Below, in pieces: positions 50,304 to 64,000 of a stretch of DNA of 64,000 nt (positions are counted from its first letter, which is position 1; every line of letters begins with the position of its first letter). Source of the stretch: the human T2T-CHM13v2.0 reference genome, Homo sapiens; NCBI RefSeq assembly GCF_009914755.1, contig NC_060945.1. One strand, written 5' to 3'. A program made the translations under genes and the position numbers. The notes beneath the pieces were generated by a model that made no database searches, was not told where the DNA came from, and saw only the letters and a program-made list of their open reading frames with translations.

Positions 50304-52119
50304 ACATTGGCCTCCTCTCCAGGGCTGAAAGTCACCTCTCCAGAGCTTCCAACCCATCACTCCTTGTTGTGAACTCTGCAGCAAATAACCCATGTCTAAC
50401 TCTTCCTACTTGAGATCTTCCTCCAGCTTTCTGAGAACAGCTCAGGTACACCTTCAAGGGTGCCCATTTCCAGACTGGCTGCCCCATGATTTCCCTCCTT
50501 CCTCATGGGCTATGGCCTCCCAAGGCCTCTGCAGCCTGTTTCCTCTCCAACAGACTTGAGTTGGTTAATAGCTCTCGAAAAATGTGGCAACAAGAATGGG
50601 TGAGATGCTGCAAGGTGACTCCACAGCCCAGAGAACAGCAGGTGCCTGCCCTTTAGTGCCATTGGCTATGGGCCATGGGCCACAGAGCTTGCTTCAGCTT
50701 CAGTATCTGCATTTCACCTGCAAGGCACTGAGGCCCCATCACTGAAAAACCACAAGAGCAGAAATCTTCCACCTTGTCTACCACAGAGTTCCAGTTCCTA
50801 AGACACCGGCCTACTCCTAACTGGGGCTCAAAAAATACCTGTTGATGAAACAAATGTAGCATTAATTCTACTTGCCAAGTCTATGAGTAGATATTTATCT
50901 TTAATCTTCCAGAATTTCAACTTTGCCATGAATATAACATTTTTTGTCTCGTATAAACAATGGTTTGCGGAAAAACAAAAGAGGCTTTTCGATAAACAGA
51001 GAGAGCCCAGCCAGTGAAGCTTCAACACTTTTAAGATTCTAAGTCACTAGTTCACGGTTAATTCAAGTAACTACTTTGCAGACTGGAAGGGTGAAAAGAA
51101 GTGACAAAGACCCCTCTTCCTCCCACTTCAGTTAGGGGGTAGGGGAGAAAGAGAGAGAGGGGAACATTTATGGGACGATGGAAAGTCCAAAAGGAACCAA
51201 AAATTTTCCCACGTCAAAAAAGGCAGAGTCCAAAGAATAAGAGAAAAGTCTGATGAGGCCTGAATATCATCAGCTATTATAGAGGAACGAGTTTGATTTA
51301 ATTGTAGCAGCTACACTTGTACACATTTGAGGTGGAGAAAAAACTGGACCTCCTGACACAGTCATGTTTTCATGTGAACAGGAAAGATTCTACTGCAGCA
51401 GGCCATGGGCCAGCCCAGACAACTGTCTGCAGCCAACACCTGCTGTGTGTACTTAGCTCTTCACTGGCAGCCTCACCTTCCCTGCACCCCACATCCTTAA
51501 TGGGGGTGATGCTCTTTCCAAAGGGCAGAAAACTGGTTCTTAAGGGGTCACAACAAATCTTAGACATCATAATGGTTTGTGGCCCTTTAAATTTTCATTC
51601 TCTACAGCACATTCTTACTCTTTAGTATTGAATTTCCTTTGTTGTGAGGAAATTAAATTAAGTTTAAATTGATTAGTTTTTCTTTCTGGGAGGTGATAAG
51701 GATGGAAAGGTTGTACAACACGGCCCCAACCCACCCTGGCACCAGCAGCCCTGTCCACTGAGGAGTCTGAAGCTCACTCACACTTGGGCCTAAGTGTTTG
51801 ACTGGGATGTCTGATGGATGGAACCTTTCCCACCAGCTGCCAGCCATGCTGCACAGAGGTGTGAGCATGTAGGGAGGAACCAATGCAGTGGGCCAGGGGT
51901 ACCATCTTCATTGCTCCTCGAAGATGGTGGCTCTTTTCTCTGTTGCTGTGACATATGGCTTCTGCTAGTCACAAGCCTGTGGCCACATAGCTCCCACGTC
52001 TGGCTTCCTCTTGCAGCATGCTGCTTTGCCCTTGCCAATTCTTGGTTAGTCTTTTCCTCATGCTTCCCAAGAGGGTGACAGGGTGGGTTGATCAGTCATT
52101 ATCTAGTTTCCAATATCCT

Positions 52120-53282
52120 TTGTGTTAGTTTCCTTGGAGCTGCTGTAGTAAATTACCATAGACTTAGTGGCTTTAAAAACACAAAATTTGGGGGCCATAA
52201 AGAAGGAAAAAACGTCTACTCTCACCCTCCTAGGTTCCCCAGCTATAGTCTTGTAAATGAGACTAATTGCTAATGGTTTGAATGTCTCTCTTCCAAAACT
52301 CATGTTGAAACTTAATTGCCAATGTGATGTAATGTAATGTATCAGGAGGTGGGGCCTTGAAGAGGTGATTAATAGATTAATGTCATTATTGTGGGAGTGG
52401 GTTAGTTGTTGCAGAAGTGGGATCCTGATGAAAAGAATGAGTTCAGTCTAATTTCCTCTGCTTGTCTCACATGCTCACTTCTGCCTTCTGCCATGGGCCC
52501 ACCTTGGCCAGATGCAAGTGCCAAGCACTTGGACTTCCCGGCCTCCAGAACTGTGAGCTAAATCAATCTCTCTTTTTTGAAATAAATTATCTTGTCTGTG
52601 GCATTCTGTTATAGCAGCAGAAGATGGACTAAGGCACTGATGAAGGACAGATTAACAAGAGGAAAGCAGACAGAAGTTTACTAATGTGTGCATCTTAACT
52701 ATGCATGAGGAGCACTCAGGGATGAGTAACTCAGAGGGGTGGATAGAACTTGGGTTTACATAGAATTTTAACAAAAGAACAGTCAATTTTGTAGAGAAGT
52801 GACAAGACAAGAGAAAAGGGCTTTGAGTTTCAAGGGGGAGGACACATTGTGGGAAGACAAATATATGGAAAAACTAATGGTAGATAAGGGCTAGTTAATA
52901 AGGTTTGTTGATTCCCCTGGTGCCGTCACAGGCTGATAAGGGTCTAGAGCTGTCTCTGATGATTAACACTTGCCCTTCTTGGTAGAGAAAGGAGGGGGAT
53001 ACCTTTACAAATTTATGTTCCGCTTTTAGACAAACAGGGGGAAGGCAGGGAGCTTTTCTTCTTCTCAATTGCCTTCAGCTTAAAATAATCCTGTTACCAA
53101 CATGGCTTATATTGGGGAGGCATATTATTCTGCTATGCTTCAGGGCCCACTCAGATAATCCAGTATAATTTCCCATCACAAGATACCTTATTTATCACAT
53201 CAGCTGTGTAGAGTAACATATTCACAGGGATTCAGACACAGGCTTTTTTGGGGGACGAGGGGGCATTGTTCAGGCTACCTCA
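52120..53282 (-). mobile_element. MLT1 LTR remnant hosting a MER34-like ERV1 LTR (~52196-53142)
   Basis: MLT1 ends tgtgttagtttcc...gctgctgtagtaaattacca and gggcccactcagataatccag; the inner LTR ends aaaataatc...catggcttatattggggaggcatatt...cttca. Confidence 0.7.
52268..52636 (+). mobile_element. MST MaLR solo LTR (innermost of a triple nest)
   Basis: tgctaatggtttgaatgt...ccaaaactcatgttgaaacttaattgcc...tagcagcagaagatggactaaggca; TSD ctaat/ctgat. Confidence 0.88.
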
Positions 53283-54384
53283 TGCCTTAAGACAGTGTTC
53301 TTCTGCCAGGACACTTTGCTGACTGACAGCCTGCCTGGAAGGCAGGCTTTATCAGTGGTGGATAGAGCAGTTAAATCACAGAATGCAACTCAACTTGGCA
53401 ACCTGTGGATCAGGGGGCACCCCAAGAAACTGGGTTGTTGTAGATGCTCTGCTGGGCCATGCCTGCAAGGCCTGCCCTGATATTTTCCTAAGACTATTTA
53501 TATTTTTGAAGATAGCTTTGGATTAAACAGTTAAAAGTCAAATGGCAAGGAGTAGGGGGTATTGGGGATAAAGCCTTTGCCTTGAGACAGCCGTCACCCA
53601 CTCTATTAAAGGAAACAGACAAGCAATGTCCAAGCAGCCAGAAACTCAGAAAACTCCAGATGGAGCAATATCCCCCAGACTGACCCCACTCCTCCTTCTG
53701 AAGTTGTGCAAGATATTGCCTGGGGGAAGTGAGGTCACCCACTTCACCATCACTTTAGCCAAAGTGCAGCAGTGTGCAATATACAAAGTGTTTGTGGAGG
53801 TTTGAGTTTGTTCATTTTCTTTTTCCAAGAGCAGATTTTTCCCCCTAAAAGCATGCTCTTAAAGGAACGGCCCCCAGCTAGTCACAAGGAACTCGAATAC
53901 TAACAAACACATCATTAAACATATATGACTTCCTTTCAGTACATTCCGTCCAGATGCAGGAGACAGTTACCACATTGATTTTCAGACCACCCTCATTATT
54001 GCTCCCACCCATCTCTCATTAAATTGCCTTCAAACAACAACAAAAAAAAGTCATTAAGATCTAACTTCTGCTTCTCCTTTTTCTTAATTCCATTCTGTGA
54101 AGTTAAATAGGCAATAGTTGGTTCAAACAACCTACGATATTTCCTCATTTTCTCTATTTTGTAGGTCCTGAGAAGCTGCCATTAGCTCTCAAGGCTTTGA
54201 GAGTCCAGCCAGTTTCTCCAGAGTGAAGTCCCCCTCCTCAGAGGAACAAATGCTTTCAGAGGAACAAATGCTTTCTGAGAAACTCGCCACTGGGTAGATC
54301 CTGCCACCCACCTGCCTGCCGCTGCAAAGCAGAGCCTGCCCAAAAAGCTGCCATCATTCCCAGCACTGCTACATAAATGCTGAG

Positions 54385-55537
<1,153 letters not shown>

Positions 55538-56079
55538 TTATCTCTATTCTTAATACATCTCTTCTGCTGCTTCTGTCTGCTTCTGAGGTTTCAACCTAAG
55601 CCCGATTTGGGCTGCAAATCCAAGTAAGAACCATTAAGGCCCTCTGGGGATTTGGCTAGTTCCAAAAGGGGTCCAGGGAAATGAGCTGTGTCCTCCCCAA
55701 CCTTCCCTCCCTCCAAGTTCTCTTAAAGTAGGGTGGCCCATGTCGAAGGATGCAAAATAAAAGCAAAATAATGCCATACCCATTGCCTACAAGGGGCAGG
55801 GCCCAGGGAGGAAGGAAAGAAGATGCTGTTAGGTCTCTAGTCACGCCTGACTCTCTGCTGTGAGTGTCCCATAGAATGTCTCATTCTCACCATCCTGAGG
55901 TCAGGGCCAAGGTCCCCATCCTATAGGTGCAGGGTGTCTGGGCTGGGATCCAAGCCAAGTATCCTTGTTCCGAAGATCACATGAAGATTCACCCCAAGAC
56001 CTGGTGTTACAGCAGCCTTCTTCTATATCCACGGTCTGTGCAGGGCCACTCAGTTGAAGTTCAGTTCAACATAATTACA

Positions 56080-56258
56080 GCGGCAGTTCTCAAACCTTCG
56101 GGGGCATCAGAATCACCTGAATGGCTTGGTGCAACACCCGTTGTTCCTCGCCCCATAGTTTCTGATTCCGTGGGTCTGGGTAGGGCCTGGGATTCTGCAT
56201 TGCTAACACGTTTCCAGGCAATGGTGAGAGGTCAGTCCAGGCTCCACAGTTTGAGACC
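56080..56258 (+). mobile_element. MER5A hAT-Charlie
   Basis: gcagttctcaaacctt...gcatcagaatcacctg...agtttctgattccgtgggtctggg...ccacagtttgaga. Confidence 0.85.
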
Positions 56259-56691
56259 TATCCCTTCGTGTAAACATGGGATGGTATCAGGTATGAGCCA
56301 ACTCCTGGTGTCTACGCCCTCAAATGATGGATGGAAAAGACCAGGAGATGGAGGGGCCCTCCTTCCTCAGCCCCCCTCCACCCACACACACACGGCTTTC
56401 ATGACCTCCCCTTTGCTAGCTGCCTCTGCCAGGCGGTGGCCTGAGTGCTGCTGTCACCCACACCCTCCATCCTTCCTGTGCCCAGAGTCCATTTCTCCAC
56501 TTCCCTCTGTTCACGGTTAATTCACGTGGAGGGAACGTCCCTGAGCTTGTGTTCACATGAGCAGACACACCCACAGGGGCCGCCACTTCTTTTGCCACCT
56601 TTCCGTGTTTACCTTGTCCTTCCCTTTTGGATTTGTTTTGCTACACATTGTGTTATGAGCTGGACTGTGTTCCCCTCAAAATTCATCTCTT

Positions 56692-57009
<318 letters not shown>

Positions 57010-57129
57010 CTATCCCCTAGTAGCTCAGACTGTGACTGTATTCGGAGATGGGGCCTTTAAAGAGGTGATTAAAGTTAAATGTGACTGTCCCAGGGCCAGA
57101 AGTCTCTTCAGAAATGATGGGCTTAAGGA

Positions 57130-57425
57130 TTTTTTTTTTTTTTTTGAGACAGAGTCTTGCACTCTCACCCAGGCCAGAGTGCAGTGGCGTGATCTCAGCT
57201 CACTGCAGGCTCTGCCTCCTGGGTTCAAGCGATTCTCCCGCCTCAGCCTCCTGAGTAGCTGGGATTACAGGTGCCCACAATCATGCCCAGCTAACTTTTA
57301 TATTTTTAGTAGAGATGGGGTTTCACCATGTTGGCCAGGCTAGTCTTGAACTCCTGACCTCAGGTGAACCACCCCTCGGCCTTCCAAAGTACTGGGATTA
57401 TAGGCGTGAGCCACCTCACCAGGCT
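57130..57425 (-). mobile_element. AluSx
   Basis: Full dimer; degenerate TSD gggcttaaggattttt / gggtttagggattttt. Confidence 0.96.
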
Positions 57426-57884
57426 GGGTTTAGGGATTTTTTCAGATGAAGAGATTGTCCTGGTATGTCCTAAATGCAATGACAAGAGGCCTTAAAGAAG
57501 AACACAGAGGAAGATATGCTACAGGAGCAGAAGGGCTGTTACCAAGGAGCAAGATGCTACGTGGTTGCTTTAAAGACGGAGGGAGGGGCCATGGGCCAGG
57601 GAATGCTGGCAGCCACCAGGGGCCAGAAAAGACAAGACCAGATTCTCCCCTAGACCCTCCAGAGTGGCACAGCCCTGCCAATGCCTTGACCTTAACCCAG
57701 CAACACTAACTTCGGATTTCCGCCCTCCAGCCCCATAACAGAATGAAGTTGTGTTGTTTGAAGGCATCAAGCTTGTGGTCATTTGCTATGACAGCCACAG
57801 CAAACTCCTACAGACAGAAGAGAAAAGACTCAAACCCAGGCCGTCTGTCTTCAGAACCTGTACTTATTAATAAAGATTTTACCA

Positions 57885-58460
57885 TTTAAAACATTCTTAA
57901 TGAGGCAAAGCTTCATTAAGTGAAATTCACAGTACGATCTGACAAATTTAAGCCCTGTGTAGCGCCACCTGAATCAAGATATAGAACAGATCATTTCCCC
58001 AAGAAAATTCCCCACTGCCCTTTTCTAGTGGGTCCAGTCCCTGTCCCGAGACAGCCACAGTCCTGATTCCCATCACCACCCATCAGTCCTACCTGTTCTT
58101 GAATATCATATAAATAAAACAGTACATTGCTCCTTTTCTCCTGTTCTCCTACCCGTGGTTTCAATATTCCACAGATTGCTATCATTTGCCTGTGGGCTAA
58201 CTCTTGGGTTCCAGTTTTTGGCTACGATGTAAACACTCTTGGGCAGGTCCTTCGGTGCACACGTTTTCATTTCTCTTGGGCAAACCCTTCCTAGGAGTGG
58301 AATTGCTGGGTCATGGGAGTGGTGTGTGTTTCATTTTACATGAAACTGCCATGCTGGTCTTCCTAAGTGCCTACCATTTGACGGGGCCCCCACAGTGAGG
58401 GGTCTCCCGTAGCTTCATGTCCTCCATAGCACTCACTGTCGGGCCCCTGCACTCTTAACC
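57885..58460 (-). mobile_element. L1ME 3' fragments
   Basis: aatcaagatatagaaca...cctgttcttgaatatcatataaat...cctaggagtggaattgctgggtcat. Confidence 0.7.
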
Positions 58461-59514
58461 ACTGTACACAATGAGGTCTAAGCTTTCACGGAGTTTGCTG
58501 CGAGGTTGAAGTGAGGCAACCTCCAAAAAGCAAAGCTCCAGGCACGCACCTGCTTCATGCACCGGAATATTCCTTTCTGTTCCTTTTACTAAATAAATGG
58601 AGTTCATTCCTCTGAAAAATAAGCAGCTTTGGACCATAGAGCCACCAAATGACATTTTTGTAAATCATATTTCTTTTGAAACCTTGCTGAAATATTTGAG
58701 CCACTACTTACGTTCTCTTACTACCCAATTATAATGCATGGTCTCCAGGACCCATTCTCCAAACTCTGCTTAGCACGCACGGACCTTTGTTTACATGAAT
58801 CTCAACAGCTGTGTATGGCAACAGTGCTCCTTTCCACGGAACCAAAGGTGAGATGCAGGCCGCTCCTGAAAGACTGGAAAAAAACGGCTCCGAACACTTT
58901 CTCTCTCTCTCCTCCCTCTGTCTCTCTTTGTCTCTGTCTGTTTCTGTCCCTGTGTTTGTCTCCGTCTCTCTCTCTCCAATGTCAGGTTCACAGAAATAGA
59001 TTACCACCCTCTTCCTACTGGAAGCACATGTAAGTATGTGCACATCCACAGGCATCTGCATACTCTCAGCCCAGCGAGGTCACCAACACCATGTGTCCTG
59101 AGCCTTAGCACCAATTCACACCCACTTACAGCTCCCTCTTCCTCTAGAGGCACCACTTGGGCTGAACCTGTGTTTGGCCTTTTTTTTTGAACACTGTAGT
59201 TTTATCCTGGGTAGGTATTCCTAAAAACACACTCTTTAGTTTTAGTTTTTTCATATTTTTATAAAAGGTTATCATGGTGCATGCCATTTTCTGGGATTCA
59301 TGTTTTCAACTCTGTTAGGGCTCGCAGTGTCCAAGACCCCTCCAGTCCTTGGCCCACAGAGGAAACCGAGCCTCAGAGAAGGGCAAGCTCCTCCCCACAG
59401 CATAGCCATAACCCATCACATAGGTTGACAGCAACCAACATATTAGCATGGAATGATCATTTCTTAGAAGCTGTGGGAGGAACTTCCACCCCCCACATCG
59501 TTTCTCTGTCTCGT

Positions 59515-59650
59515 CTCAACCTCAGGTATCAAGGTTGTTTTGTTCCATATTTCACAGATGAGGAAGCAGGGACTCAAGGCCGGTGAATTTAACTCTGGTC
59601 ATATGGCTGGCAGAGCAGGCCCTCAACTTGGGCTTGTCTGACCTGCTGCA
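59515..59650 (-). mobile_element. MIR SINE
   Basis: ccatatttcacagatgaggaagcagggactca. Confidence 0.65.
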
Positions 59651-60064
59651 GGAGCCCATGTCAGCCTGACTCTCCCACCTGGACACGAGTTCCCAAGGCA
59701 CGTGTGGCATCAGAGGTCCTGCCAGTCAAAGCGTCGGATCTGTGCTTCCCCCCATCAGGCTGGTGCCACAGGAGGAAGGAAAGGGCAAACACCTCTTCCT
59801 GGGAGCAGGGGTCAGGTCAGCCTGAGGCAGCAGGAATTTTAGCAAATCCAAGTTTTCTCATGTCTGGACAGCACCTTGTAGCACCCACTCTGATGGTGCC
59901 AAGGCTCAGGCCGAAGCCAGTCCCATGAGTGTGGCCAGGGCTCTGCACCCATGGCAATCTCAGGCACGAAATATGCATAGCTGTGTGTGGTCAAGGTGGC
60001 CTGCCCTGGGATGTCAGGGCTCTGCACACATGCACACACACACAGACACACACACACACTCACT

Positions 60065-60220
60065 CACTTAACATGATGCATCTCTTTGAATCCTCACAAC
60101 AACCTTTGCTATGAATTGGTGATTCCAAACCACCCCACTGTACAGATGAGTGCACTGAGGCTCTGTGGGCTAAAGTCTCCTATCTGAACAATCAGCTCAT
60201 GACGGCAGAGCTGACATTCC
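60065..60220 (-). mobile_element. MIR SINE, preceded by (CA)n at 60025-60060
   Basis: tttgaatcctcacaacaacc...ccccactgtacagatgagtgcactgaggctc. Confidence 0.7.
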
Positions 60221-61547
60221 TCTCCCATGAAGAAACCACAGGCTTCTCACACCAACCCCAAGACAGGAACATCAAGGACACACCTCAAGTCTACGCAGGT
60301 CCCAAGACTCTCTTCCAATCGCCATGCATTTCTGTCTATTTGTCAGGGAGCTGGTCTTTACTGTCTTCATCAAAGGTAAGGAGGTAAGGGTAAGAGGTTA
60401 CTGTTGCATGTAAATACATCTGGAAGAGCCTTCCACCCACCTTATTGCAAAATAGAGACTGTGGGAGGGAACAGGCCTCTGCAGTCCCCCCCTGTTGCCT
60501 TTGCTCATGTGAGCAGAGGCTCCCCTCTCTCCACGTAGACACAGGTGTTCATCAGGGCTCAGGGATACTTCAAGGAGCACAGGCAGGCTCTTGTATCCTC
60601 TTCTGGGTGCTTGGTGCAGGGCACAGCCTGTGCAACTGTACATAGCAGCCCTGCGATGAAAGAGGAGACCAGCCTTGGGTGCTGTGGGCTGGAAGCAGCT
60701 TTTGCTCTGTCTGGTTTTGCCAAATCTGGTGCCAGGCTCAGAGCAGGGAGAGAGACACAGTCAGCCTACTTCCAGCACTGGCAGCACATCTGTCCAAAGA
60801 GAAACATGTCTTTTCCTAGCACAACCAGCAGCACCAGAAGCACCTCTCCTAATCTGTCAACCGTCTCTCTGTTTTTCTCCTCTCTCTCTCTGCCTCCTCC
60901 CTTCTTCCCCCTCCATCTATCTCTGTGACTTTGTCTCTCTCCATCCCTCTCCCCTCCTCTTTCTGTCTCTGTGACTTTGCCTCTCTCTCTCTATCACTCT
61001 CTCTGTGTCAGTGTCTCCCTCTGGGTCTCTGGGTCTCTGTCCCTCCCCAGTAGGTTCTATTTAGATTTGTTGTGACAAATTGATGTCATATTCACATAGA
61101 TGGCATTTTAAAACCACAGAGGTCTTCAGAGCCAGAGCTTCATTCACACTGCAGGCCAGGGACACTGTTGCCATGGTAACATGACTCTCCACTTCCTGCC
61201 TTACCCGGGCTCCCGCATTCAGCATCACCTTCATCTCCCTCAGCAACACCACAGATGATTAAATAAAGCACTTTAATTAACTCGGATTTGGTGTGGGGTC
61301 TTCATCATCGCTGCTGGGAACAAGCGTTTGTAAACCCTCGGGGCTACATGTGCCCCTCTCCGAGGCAGTCTGTGAACCCACACTGGCCACTTCTCACAAT
61401 TTGGGCCATAGGAAATTTATATCCAAGTAGCACTTGATGAGATTCTAAGGTAATAGCCACAAGCCACCTCCTTCACAAGGCGTGAGCTTCCTTCATCTGC
61501 CGAGACACATTAACTTCATGTAAATTATAATGTCTTTGAGACGAAAA

Positions 61548-61899
61548 TGTCTTAGTCTGTTCAGGCTGCTATCACAAAATACCATAGGTGACTTATGAAC
61601 AACAGAAATGTATTTTCTGCAGTTCTAGAGGCTGGAAGTCTGAGATTAAGGCGCTGGCGGAGTCAGTTCTGGTGAGGGAGGCTTCCTCTCCGATGGCCTC
61701 TGCTCACCCTAACTTCACATGGGAAGGGGTGAGGGGTCTCTCTGGGGTCTCTTTCATGGGATCACTAATCCCGGTCATGAGGGTTCTCCCCTCACCACCT
61801 AGTCATCTCCGAAAGGCTCCACCTCCTAATATCATCACCCTGGGGGTGTGGATTTCAGCATATGAATTTTATGGGGACACAGATATTCAGATCATTGCA
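61548..61899 (-). mobile_element. MLT1A-like MaLR LTR
   Basis: tgtcttagtctgttcaggctgctat...cagttctagaggctggaagtctgagat...gggacacagatattcagatcattgca. Confidence 0.9.
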
Positions 61900-62060
61900 A
61901 AAATCAATGCATTATTAGGCATGGCCAGGGAGAATCGACTGTGGATCTTTTAGATAAAGGGGCTCTGGTGCTGGGGTGACAGACCTGCCTTCCTGGTTTT
62001 CACCCTAGAAGCAGGCAGGAAGGAGAAGGAATGAAGGGAAGGGGGAAGGAATGACGCAGG

Positions 62061-62525
62061 CAGGGGCCTCTAAACCTGGATCCAGGAACTTAAAGGGTAA
62101 AAATTACATTTTTATTTTCGCTAGCCTTTAACTGAAATGTATCATTTCCTTTCAATAGGTACCTAGGCAACAAGCACAGTGGCGTGTTAGCATCCTTGTT
62201 ACTTTGACACCAGTAAAAATCACTGGATCATCTCATTCCATGTTATGCCTGTCCACCACTTATGCCCATCACTGCTTCAAAATTCCCAGGTTATTAGTAC
62301 CACCTCCGAGGCTTGTTATAGATCTGGTTATGGTATATTAATAGCACATGTGTTGCTACCTCATTCATTGTTTTATAATGGTATCTTAATCTTAATGTAA
62401 GTGGTTTCCTTTATAACCTGTGTGTTTTATTTTGTGCATTCAAAAATCTGATTCTGAAAATTGGCCCACAGGTTTCACAGACTGCCAAAGAGGTCCGGGG
62501 GCATAAATGGCTCCAGAAAAAAAAA
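62061..62525 (+). mobile_element. MER113-like hAT-Charlie element
   Basis: aaaattacatttttattttc...taactgaaat...taggcaacaa...cagactgccaaagaggtcc. Confidence 0.75.
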
Positions 62526-62857
62526 ATCTAGTATTATTAATATGGTCCATTATTATTGGTGTTATTGCCATTCATAGGTGTTAGACATTGGCCCCTCAAT
62601 AAAAAGGATATGTATCTATATCGATCAATCAATCAGATAGATATAAAATTCTGAAGATATTTATAGAAGATATACAGGTATCTATATCTACCTGTAGATA
62701 TGGATAATTTGTTTGCCAAGAAAATTGAGGATTTCAACATTTATTTATCTCTATTTTTTTTTCCATTGAAGTCCTCAAAAGTGATGCCAATATGACATGT
62801 GGAAGTGAGAACTTGGGAAGCTGGCCTGGGATTTCTAGTGGGAAAAAGTATATTTTA

Positions 62858-63235
<378 letters not shown>

Positions 63236-63384
63236 TTATGCCTGTTACTTAAAATCTAGGCCTGTTTCAATTCATTCTACCAAAGTAGACACTGAAGCAG
63301 GAATACCACTCTTTAACATAAACGGACACACACAAAGGCCCAGAACCAGTGCCAAGAGTTTTGCACCCATTAATTCATTCCATC

Positions 63385-63995
63385 ATTTGTTTATTTTATT
63401 TGACAAATGTGCAGATAGTACTTACCATGTGCCAGGCACTATTCTAAGTGCTTCAAAAGCATTATCCTATATAACCCTTTAATATGGTTTGGGTCTGTGT
63501 CCCCACCCAAAGCTCATCTCGAATTGTCATCCCCCTAATCCCCACGTGTTGAGGGTGGGACCTGGTGGGAGTTGATTGGATCATGGGGGTGGCTTTCCCC
63601 AGTGCTGTTCTCATGATAATGAGTGAGTTCTCACAAGATCTGATGGTTTTATAAGTGTTTGACCGTTCCTCCTATGCGCACATTCTCTCTCTTTCCTGCT
63701 GCCATGTAAGACATGCCTCTTTGCCTTCTGCCATGATTGTAGGTTTCCTGAGGCCTTCCCAGCCATGCAAAACTGTGAGTCAATTAAACCTTTTTCCTTT
63801 ATAAATTACCCAGTCTCAGGTATTTCTTTATAGCAGTGTGAGAATGGACTAATACAACCTTATAACAATAACAAGAGGTAGGTACTATTATTGTTGCAGA
63901 TTTTCAGATGAAGAGCTAAAGCACAGAGGGTATAGAAACTTGTGAGAAGTTCCTACAGCAAGTAATTGGTGGAGACAGCATTCAGCCCCTAAGCC
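63385..63995 (-). mobile_element. MIR SINE, split by a MaLR LTR
   Basis: gtacttaccatgtgccaggcactattctaagtgctt / gaggtaggtactattatt...ttttcagatgaagagctaaagcacagag. Confidence 0.8.
63480..63856 (+). mobile_element. THE1D/MSTA-like solo LTR
   Basis: taatatggtttgggtctgtgtccccaccca...tatagcagtgtgagaatggactaataca; TSD ccctt/acctt. Confidence 0.93.
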
Positions 63996-64000
63996 CACCC

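Noticed and set aside
55927-56520. 197-aa ORF
   Set aside because: Non-ATG start, spans a MER5A element, no recognisable domain.

Overview
Human (primate) non-coding genomic DNA with no convincing protein-coding gene. The left ~24 kb is AT-rich and dominated by old L1 and LTR elements. It holds a ~6.8-kb non-autonomous MER4-group ERV1 provirus (two LTRs, a tRNA-Ser primer-binding site, an embedded tRNA-Glu relic) and a 5'-truncated processed RPSA pseudogene with target-site duplications (TSDs). The right ~40 kb is GC-richer, with Alu, MIR, L2 and MaLR elements separated by long unique stretches. It includes a CpG-rich promoter/enhancer-like patch (~34.6-35.5 kb) abutting a 1.6-kb CA-rich tract, enhancer-like motif clusters at ~41-45 kb, and candidate minus-strand lncRNA exons. 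From memory and unverified, the RPSA pseudogene plus the 136-aa minus-strand ORF fit the chr21q22.2 interval distal to ETS2 (RPSAP64, FLJ45139/LOC400867). Repeat subfamily names were assigned by eye against remembered consensus sequences and need RepeatMasker/Dfam confirmation. I found no well-supported novel biological system. The best leads are regulatory or RNA-level and are listed with tests.
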